This document shows, in pieces, positions 10,071-16,885 of a DNA stretch of 64,000 bases; within the stretch, counting starts at the first letter, position 1; every line of letters starts with the position of its first letter. Both the position numbers and the translations under genes were made by a program. The stretch is from Ostreococcus lucimarinus (taxonomy: Eukaryota). The notes beneath the pieces were generated by a model. It was not told where the DNA came from. It ran no database searches and saw only the letters and a program-made list of their open reading frames with translations. The stretch lies in assembly GCA_000092065.1 (NCBI GenBank), contig CP000590.1, one strand, 5' to 3'.

Positions 10071-11447
10071 ATGCCCGCCGAAACCGAAACCGCGCGCAAG
10101 TACCACATCGTCGGCGACTACGCCACCGCGCTGAACCCTCGAAACGACGCGCGAAGCGTGGAAAAATACGCGCGACACTTGGTGCTGCGTCCCCACGGCG
10201 CGCGCATCCAACGCGCGCTGTGCGCCGCGCGCGTCCTCGTCGTCGGCTGCGGTGGCCTCGGGTGCCCGTGCGCGATATATCTCGCCGCCTCGGGCGTGGG
10301 AACGCTCGGATTGTGCGACGCGGACGCGGTGGAGCTGAGCAACTTGCATCGACAGGTGGGACACTCGACGGCGGCGACCGGGACGTCGAAGGCGAAGTCG
10401 TTGGCGGCGCGGTGCGAGGGATTGAACGATGGCGTTCGAGTCGTGGTGCGAGAAACGTTCGCGACGACGGAAAATGTGATGGAACTTGTGGCGGGGTACG
10501 ACTTGGTGTGCGATTGTAGCGATAATCCGAGGACGAGGTATTTGTTGTCGGACGCGTGCGCGAGCGCGGAGATTCCGCTCGTGAGCGCGGCGTGCGTGGG
10601 ATTTGAAGGGCAGCTCACGGTGCTGTGTGGCACGCGAGCGTGGAATGATGACGATGAATCGTTTGGGGAGTTTGCGCCCGCACCGTGTTATCGATGTTTG
10701 TTTCCGACGCCGCCGGCGTCGGGAGACGCCGGGACGTGCGGGGCGTCTGGCGTGCTCGGACCGCTGCCTGGCATCGTGGGTACTTTTCAAGCGCTCGAGG
10801 CCATGAAAACGCTGGCTGGGGTAGGGGAGTCCATGCGAGGAAAAATGTTAACGTTCGACGCGTTGAGCGCGAGACCGACGATGACGTTGAACATGCGGGA
10901 ACAGCGAGACGCCGCGTGCGCGTGTTGCTCGACGTTGACGTCTCACGACGGACGCTTCGACGTCGCGACGTACGATTACGACGCTTTCTTATCGTCGACG
11001 CCGTGTCCGATGCGCGGAAGAAAAGCGAGACGCGGTGGCGTTGATGTGAACGCGCCGCCGAAGTTTGGGGCGCGAGAAATGCCGGAGCGCGGCGGCGGCG
11101 GCTGGCGACGCGTGGATGCGAAAGCGGCGACGACGTACGTCAAAGATGAGGGCGTCACCGTAGTCGACGTGCGTCCCAAGCACATGTACGACGCAGCGCA
11201 CATACCTGGATCTATTTCGTTACCAATAGAAACGCTCGACGTCGAGACGTGGAACGGCGCCGTGGGCGCGGCGGTTGAAGGATACCGTCTGTGCTTCGTG
11301 TGCGCGGGAGGCAACAACAGCCAAAGAGCGGCGCAATGGTTCGTGGACGCGAAAGTCGCCACCGCTGCCCCGGCGAGCGTCGTCGACGTTTGTGGCGGTC
11401 TCGCCGCGATGCGCGACGCGGGCTACGACGTCCCGAGACTCGATTGA
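10071..11447 (+). CDS. CNX5: Molybdopterin-synthase adenylyltransferase/sulfurtransferase (MoeB-ThiF fold plus rhodanese; CNX5/MOCS3/UBA4)
   Basis: Nucleotide-binding VLVVGCGGLGCPCAIYLAASGVG, SNLHRQV, a zinc-type cysteine pair (PCYRCLFP), and a C-terminal rhodanese-like domain (VVDVRP...FVCAGGNNSQRAAQW). Confidence 0.9.
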   Translation: MPAETETARKYHIVGDYATALNPRNDARSVEKYARHLVLRPHGARIQRALCAARVLVVGCGGLGCPCAIYLAASGVGTLGLCDADAVELSNLHRQVGHSTAATGTSKAKSLAARCEGLNDGVRVVVRETFATTENVMELVAGYDLVCDCSDNPRTRYLLSDACASAEIPLVSAACVGFEGQLTVLCGTRAWNDDDESFGEFAPAPCYRCLFPTPPASGDAGTCGASGVLGPLPGIVGTFQALEAMKTLAGVGESMRGKMLTFDALSARPTMTLNMREQRDAACACCSTLTSHDGRFDVATYDYDAFLSSTPCPMRGRKARRGGVDVNAPPKFGAREMPERGGGGWRRVDAKAATTYVKDEGVTVVDVRPKHMYDAAHIPGSISLPIETLDVETWNGAVGAAVEGYRLCFVCAGGNNSQRAAQWFVDAKVATAAPASVVDVCGGLAAMRDAGYDVPRLD

Positions 11448-11655
11448 TTAAAATTGTTTCAACGCGCGGCGAGCACTTTATTTCTACAACAACACGCCTA
11501 CGATTCCACGCGCGCTTGCACGATCTCCGGTCGTTCACCCTTGGATTCCGCGGTTTGCATCGTCGCGAGCGCCGCCTCGACGACGCCCTCGGTGAGTTCG
11601 CCGCTCGCGCTCATCGCGTCCACCACCTCCTGCGCCTCTTCGGGCGATTGCGAGT

Positions 11656-12339
11656 TCAGAACTTTGTAGTAATTCGAAAAGTCGCGGCGACGATCGCCCC
11701 ACCCACGATTCGCCGCCACCACCGTCCACGCCGCGGCTTCTCGCCCTTATCCGACGCGGCGTCGCGCGTCGAGAGCGCGACCTCCGCGACGACGTCCTCT
11801 TCCGACCGCCCCTGCGGGCATCCGTTCGCCTCGAGATATCGCAACACGCCCTCGCTCGCGCCGCCCGCGTACTTGACCCAAAAGTCTCTGTCTTTCGCCA
11901 ACCACGCCGGCACCGGCGACGCGCGCGTCGTCGTCTCGCGCTCCGTCTCCGCCTCCGTCTCCGCCTCCGCCTCCGCCTCCGCCTCCGCGTCGCCCTCGCG
12001 CGTCACCACCCCGATCTGAAAATCTCTCAGCTGCGTCCACGCCCGCGCGCTGTGAATCTCCTCGAACTCATCGCTCGCCTCTTTCCCGAGCGCCCGCGCG
12101 ATCGCCAGCGCCGTCGACACCTGCCCCGCGTTGTTGAATCCCGGGTGCGTCGTCGCGAACGCCGTGATGTCGAACACGCGCTCGCGCACCACGATCCATC
12201 CGTCCGCGAGGCGCGCGTGCGCCGCGACGTCCTCGCGCGTGTACTTTCGCCACCTCGCGCGCTCGTCGTCCGTCGGCGCGCGCCGGAGCGCGTCGACGAC
12301 GGCGAGGTCGACGGCGACGTCGCGCCCGGACGCGTGCAT
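11656..12339 (-). CDS. Stand-alone cytochrome b5-fold heme protein resembling the heme domain of nitrate reductase, with an acidic (E-A/E-T) repeat linker and an unknown C-terminal region
   Basis: From ATG 12339: YTREDVAAHARLADGWIVVRERVFDITAFATTHPGF...DEFEEIHSARAWTQLRDFQIGVV. Both heme-ligand histidines are present (HPG.. and ..IHS). The AIHS-like second motif and the layout (W-I-V-V-x-x-x-V-F-D-x-T-x-F) look like NR heme domains rather than the microsomal b5 motif VGHS. The inter-histidine loop is about 8 residues longer than usual. The 3' end is ambiguous (see finding on 11498-11722). Confidence 0.65.
   Translation of the reverse strand: MHASGRDVAVDLAVVDALRRAPTDDERARWRKYTREDVAAHARLADGWIVVRERVFDITAFATTHPGFNNAGQVSTALAIARALGKEASDEFEEIHSARAWTQLRDFQIGVVTREGDAEAEAEAEAETEAETERETTTRASPVPAWLAKDRDFWVKYAGGASEGVLRYLEANGCPQGRSEEDVVAEVALSTRDAASDKGEKPRRGRWWRRIVGGAIVAATFRITTKF
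11941..11987. repeat. GCCTCC/GTCTCC hexamer repeat (encodes the E-A/E-T acidic linker of the b5 protein on the minus strand)
   Basis: CTCCGTCTCCGCCTCCGTCTCCGCCTCCGCCTCCGCCTCCGCCTCCG; translated on the minus strand as AEAEAEAEAETEAETE. Confidence 0.9.
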
Positions 12340-12658
12340 CGTCGCGCCGTTCGAGCGCGGACGACCGGACGCGTCGTCGGCGGCGCGCGGACGCGCGGCC
12401 GCGCGCGCGCGGACGCGTCGCGCGTCGCGCGCGCGCGTCGCGCGTCGCGTCGTGGCGCGACGACGTCGACGGGCGCGAAGCGTCACTTTGGTAAAAAAGG
12501 AAAAAATGCGTATGGGCAAACAGTATGACGCTTCGGCGACGCTTGGAGATTCCGAAACGACTCGGTCGACGGCTGGCGTCGACGCGACGCGACGCGCACA
12601 ACGCGGCCCTCGCGCGGTCGACGCGGCGTCGCGAGACTCGAAGCGTCGTCGTCGAGTC
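12340..12658. promoter_or_regulatory. Shared divergent promoter region of the stand-alone b5 gene and NR
   Basis: 319 bp between ATG 12339 (minus strand) and ATG 12659 (plus strand). Mostly CG-rich, with one A-rich patch at about 12486-12520 (GGTAAAAAAGGAAAAAATGCGTATGGGCAAAC). Confidence 0.45.
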
Positions 12659-14324
12659 ATGGCGAACGCCGTCGTCGCGATCGTCGCCGCGGGCGCGGGC
12701 GCGTTCGCGGGCAAGCTGCTCGACGGGAAAAAGCGCGAGACGTCGCGAGGCGCGGACGACGCGGACGACGTCGACTTTAAGACGGACGCGAAGTCCAACG
12801 TCGATCACGCGGCGGCGGCGAAAAAGCATCAGTACCTGGCGCAGAAGTACCCGGAGGTGGACGAGCGAGACTTGAAGACGCCGGATAATTGGGTGAAGAG
12901 GCATCCGTGCGTGCGAGACGCGAGGCGACGCGAACGCGGGACGACGAGGACGCGGCGAACGACGACGGCGCGCGTGACTGACGGTGGTTTGCGTCGATCG
13001 TGGTGATAGGAATTTGATTCGTCTGACCGGGAAACACCCGTTTAACGTCGAGGCGTCGCTTCCGGAGTTGTATGATTACGGATTCATCTCGCCGGTGAAC
13101 TTGCACATCGTGCGGAATCACGGCGCGGTGCCGAAGTGCGATTGGGACACGCACAAGATTAACATTTGTGGCAACGTCCCGAAACCGTTCGAGATCGGTA
13201 TGGACGAGTTGGTGAAAATGCCGAGCGACACGTTCCCGTGCTTGGTGGTGTGCGCGGGGAACCGTCGGAAGGAACAAAACTTGGTCAAGTCGTCGATTGG
13301 GTTCTCGTGGGGGCCGTGCGCCATCGGAAACACGTACTGGACGGGCGTACCGCTGCGAGTGTTGCTCAACAGAGCGGGCATTCATAAGCCCGGTCCGGGT
13401 GCGCGATACGTGTGCTTGGCTGGTCCGCAAAACGAATTGCCGAAGGACTACCCCGATCAAGACGGTGGTCCGGGATCGTACGGCACATCCATCGACATGG
13501 AAACCGCGCTCGATCCGACGTGCGATGTCATTGTGGCGTACGAACAAAACGGTGCCAAGCTTCACCCAGACCATGGATTCCCAGTGCGGGTGATCATTCC
13601 CGGTTACATCGGTGGGCGCATGATAAAGTTTTTGAAGGAGATTAAAGTCACCGACAGAGAGTCAAACAACTTTTATCACTTCAACGATAACCGCGTGTTA
13701 CCGCCGCCAGTTGACGCTGAGCGCGCGACCGAGGAGGGATGGTGGTTCAAGCCCGAGTTCATCATCAACCAACTCAACATTAACGGTGCCATCGCGTACC
13801 CGGCGCCCGAAGAAGTCATTCCCAAGTCGCAAAAGACGTACGCCTTCAAAGGTTACGCCTACTCTGGCGGCGGTCGCAAGGTCATTCGCGCCGAGCTTTC
13901 CTTCGATCAAGGCTTGAGCTGGGAATTGAGTGATATTCACACTCGCGAAGAACCGCGATGGGCCGATTTCAGCTCCGGTGACAAGGCCAGGCACTGGTGC
14001 TGGTGCATGTGGACTCTCGAAGTGCCGATTGAGAAGCTCCTCGACAAAAAGTGCGTCGAAGTGTGCTTCCGCGCCGTCGATCAATCCATGAACAAAATGG
14101 ACGAGCGCCCGACGTGGAACGTCATGGGTATGTTGAACAACCCGTGGTACCGCGTCCGCATCCACCACACGCCCACGGGCGACGTTCGCGTGGAGCATCC
14201 GTGCATCGCCGGTCCGACCCCCGGCGGCTGGATGCAAAAGATGGCGGCTAAGGAACCCACCGGAGAACTTCTCTGGGGCTGGGGCGGCCAAGGCACGCCG
14301 GCCGCGCCCCCGAGAGAAGAATAA
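12659..14324 (+). CDS. NIA: Nitrate reductase, molybdopterin-binding and dimerisation domains only (2 exons: 12659-12906, 13010-14324); no heme or FAD domain in the ORF
   Basis: Exon 1 ends ...DERDLKTPDNWVKRHP. The phase-2 intron 12907-13009 has GTGCGTGCG...ACTGAC...ATAG. Exon 2 continues NLIRLTGKHPFNVE. NR-specific blocks are present (LVVCAGNRRKEQNLVKSSIGFSWG, GFPVRVIIPGYIGGRMIKFLKEI, NFYHFNDNRVLPPPVD, GYAYSGGGRKV, MGMLNNPWYRV, EHPCIAGPTPGGWMQKM). TAA lies at 14322-14324, followed by an AT-rich 3' region. An alternative start is ATG 12506. Confidence 0.9.
12907..13009 (+). other. Intron of nitrate reductase
   Basis: GTGCGTGCGAG donor, GTGACTGAC branch, GATAG acceptor. Phase 2, joining ...NWVKRHP to NLIRLTGKHPF (conserved NR motif). 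Confidence 0.9.
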
Positions 14325-14360
14325 ATTATTCGTGATGTTTTTCGATTTATTATGACCTCG

Positions 14361-14365
14361 TGTAA
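14361..14365 (+). terminator. TGTAA, candidate poly(A) signal of NR
   Basis: 37 nt after TAA 14322-14324, inside an AT-rich stretch. This supports a genuine 3' end of the NR transcript here. Confidence 0.4.
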
Positions 14366-14485
14366 GATTATCACCATCATTCCTTAAGTCTCTCTCTCTT
14401 CGCCGTCGACGCTCGGCGTCGACGCTCGCGCGCCTCACACGCAGCCTCGCGTCCGACTTCGCTTCATCCCACGACCGCGCGCGCG

Positions 14486-14767
14486 ATGGATCTCATATTC
14501 ATCCTCCGTCAATACATCGGCATCGTCCTCTCCATGGCCGCCTTCGCCGGCTTCGCCTTCTGCACCAAACTCGAGCGACGCTTCGACCTCGACCAAACCA
14601 AAATCATTCACGTCTCCGTCGGTCTCGCCGTCGTCGGCCTGCTGTTCCACGAACTGCGCCCGTACAAGCGACAGGCTGGATTGACGTTTAGCAAAGAGCA
14701 GGCCGAGGAGGAGTGGAAGGCGCGCGAGGAGGAGATCGCCGCGGCGAAGACGAAGAAGAAAAAGTAA
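14486..14767 (+). CDS. Hypothetical small membrane protein (two predicted TM helices, Lys/Glu-rich tail)
   Basis: ATG 14486, 93 codons. Hydrophobic segments IGIVLSMAAFAGFAF and VSVGLAVVGLLF, and G/C-biased third positions. No family recognised. The long overlapping minus-strand ORFs look like composition artefacts. Confidence 0.4.
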   Translation: MDLIFILRQYIGIVLSMAAFAGFAFCTKLERRFDLDQTKIIHVSVGLAVVGLLFHELRPYKRQAGLTFSKEQAEEEWKAREEEIAAAKTKKKK

Positions 14768-14987
14768 CTTTTCGACGGCGCGCGCGGGACGCGTCGAGTT
14801 CGCCGCTCGAGCGGCGCGGCGCGGCGTCGCGACGCGCGTAGGTTGTAATTCGATTAGCGTCGCGCTCGCGCGCCGCGCGTCCGTCCGCGTCGTCGTCGAC
14901 GGCGTCCGCGAGGCTTCGGGCGCGACGTCGACCCCGCGCCAAGGGACACGAAGAGGCGCGAGGAGACGGCACTCCGCGCCGCGACGC

Positions 14988-16781
14988 ATGGGATGCGCCG
15001 CGTCCTCCGCGAGCGCGTCCGCGCCCGCGAGCGCGCTCGCGCTCGTCGACTTCAACGCGCGATTCGCGGACGAGTACGTCGTGCGGGAGAAAATCGGCGT
15101 CGGACAGCAAGGGACGGTGTACCTGTGCGAGGACGCGGAGACCGGGACGACGCGCGCGATGAAGGAGACGCACATCGGGGTGTTCGGCGCGAACGCGAAG
15201 CGACGAGAGGCGTACTGCGAGATTGAATTGCTGTCGCAGATGCGACATCCGAACGTGGTGAGGATGGTGAAGGCGTACCAGACGAGCGCGGAGGTGCAGG
15301 TGGTCATGGAACACGCCGGGCGAGACACGTTGTTGACGTACCTCGTCGCTCTGGACGACGCCGAGGGGATGACGGAGGAAGAAAAGATGCACATTAAACA
15401 TGAATTGATTCGGCAGTTGGTGGACGCGGTCGCGCACGTGCACTCGAGGGATGTGGTGTTTCGGGATTTGAAGCACGAAAACGTCATGGTCACGAGCGAC
15501 GACGATTTGAGAAACGCGCAGATTAAGCTCGTTGATTTCGGTCGCGCGGCGTCGCTGCGCCGGGAAGATCGACTGAATAATCAGCCACCTCTCGGGACGT
15601 CGTTATTTCAAGCGCCCGAAGTAGAAGAGCGTCGAGAGTATGGACAAGCGGCGGATATGTGGGCCGTCGGCGTCTTCGTTTACTTTTTAGTCACGGGGCA
15701 GATGCCGTTCGAGCACACCGTGGCGGGGCTTTACAAGGTGCTGCGAGGAGAATATGAACCCATGGAAGAGTCAATAAATAAGCACGCGCGCAATTTGGTG
15801 GCTAAGCTTCTCGTGCTCGACCCGGCGAAACGAATCAACGCTGCTCAAGCGAGCACGCATCGATTCTTGCGGCAGAGAAACGCCGCGCACGTGCACGTCG
15901 GCGAGGGCGACGCGCTCAGAGTGCCGAAACACATGGAAAAAGCGGCAAAGAGACAACTCCGAGCGCTCGTGATGCAGGACAGTCTGGAGCTGCACACGGT
16001 GGGATTGCTCGCGGAGAAGCTCACGCCCGAGGATTTGAAGACGCTTCGGCGTTGGTTACGCATGAAGGCGGAAATGTCTGTGCGCGGAGGAGTGGCGAAC
16101 GCGCGCGAAAAAAATGCATCTCATAGTATCTCTCAGCGACAGTCTCCGGATGCTTCAATCCGAGCGGGTCACACGTACACCGACGAACTCCAGGCACACG
16201 TGGCGCTCAACGCGTTGTACAATGAAATGACGAAGGATCAAGGGAGTGAGTCCAACAGTAGAGAAGTGAGCTTCCATGGCGGCGCACTTACGAAAACGCA
16301 GTCGTACCAGAAGCTCACGGAAGCACTGGAAAATTTAGAAGAAATGAGTTCTGGTGACGAAGCCGATGTGCACAGGCCGTCTCCGCCAAAGAAGATTAGC
16401 AAAAGCTCGCTGAGCGACGCCGCGCGGCAAGAGTCCGCACAAAAGACTACTGGCACGAGTGATATCGCTACAAGCCGCAGTTTCGTCGGCTACGCGCATC
16501 AGAGCGGAATGTGTACGGTGGATGAGCTCATCACTGCTTGCATTAGCGCTGGCCTTCAATCCGTGGCGGACGAGTTGCAAACCGTTCGCGACGATTTGAA
16601 AAAAGAACGCTTGGCGAAGCTCGCGGCGACGGGCGCGGATACGCAGACGCAGAACGAGAGCGTCCTTCTCGACATCATGCTCTTCAGATACGAAGACTTA
16701 CTTGCGAAGGTCGAGAACGCGCACTTAGACCAAGTAAAGGACTGGTCAGTTCGAGCGGGAGTGATGGAGAACGGGCTGTAG
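14988..16781 (+). CDS. Ser/Thr protein kinase (CaMK/CDPK-like catalytic domain, no EF hands seen), N-terminal MGC acylation motif
   Basis: MGCAAS start (myristoylation/palmitoylation consensus). Kinase subdomains are IGVGQQGTV, RAMKE, FRDLKHENVMV, DFGRA and FQAPE. The C-terminal half matches no recognised domain. Confidence 0.85.
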   Translation: MGCAASSASASAPASALALVDFNARFADEYVVREKIGVGQQGTVYLCEDAETGTTRAMKETHIGVFGANAKRREAYCEIELLSQMRHPNVVRMVKAYQTSAEVQVVMEHAGRDTLLTYLVALDDAEGMTEEEKMHIKHELIRQLVDAVAHVHSRDVVFRDLKHENVMVTSDDDLRNAQIKLVDFGRAASLRREDRLNNQPPLGTSLFQAPEVEERREYGQAADMWAVGVFVYFLVTGQMPFEHTVAGLYKVLRGEYEPMEESINKHARNLVAKLLVLDPAKRINAAQASTHRFLRQRNAAHVHVGEGDALRVPKHMEKAAKRQLRALVMQDSLELHTVGLLAEKLTPEDLKTLRRWLRMKAEMSVRGGVANAREKNASHSISQRQSPDASIRAGHTYTDELQAHVALNALYNEMTKDQGSESNSREVSFHGGALTKTQSYQKLTEALENLEEMSSGDEADVHRPSPPKKISKSSLSDAARQESAQKTTGTSDIATSRSFVGYAHQSGMCTVDELITACISAGLQSVADELQTVRDDLKKERLAKLAATGADTQTQNESVLLDIMLFRYEDLLAKVENAHLDQVKDWSVRAGVMENGL

Positions 16782-16885
16782 TTAATATGTATGATTTCGA
16801 AATGAATCACAACACGACGAAGCTAAGCGCTAACACTCTTTTTTGTTTTTTCGATGTTTTTGCTTTGTAATGTACTCTCACGCTC

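Noticed and set aside
11660-11730. A 68-nt intron joining the b5 ORF to the downstream frame
   Set aside because: It lacks the ACTGAC branch and GTGCG donor seen in all other introns here. It is kept only as an open question in the findings.
12984-14324. Alternative reading of the Moco protein as sulfite oxidase rather than NR
   Set aside because: NR-specific blocks are present (CAGNRRKEQN, NFYHFNDNRVLPPPVD, EEGWWFKPEFIINQLNIN, GGWMQKM). The gene also sits in a nitrate-assimilation cluster, and the spliced N-terminus gives the NR motif IRLTGKHPFN.
1-14324. Interpretation of the nitrate cluster as a prokaryotic operon or a recent bacterial insertion
   Set aside because: The genes are on both strands in divergent pairs, four of them contain spliceosomal introns with the same signals as housekeeping genes, and the proteins match plant/algal rather than bacterial families (NRT2, NAR2, MOT1, eukaryotic NR).
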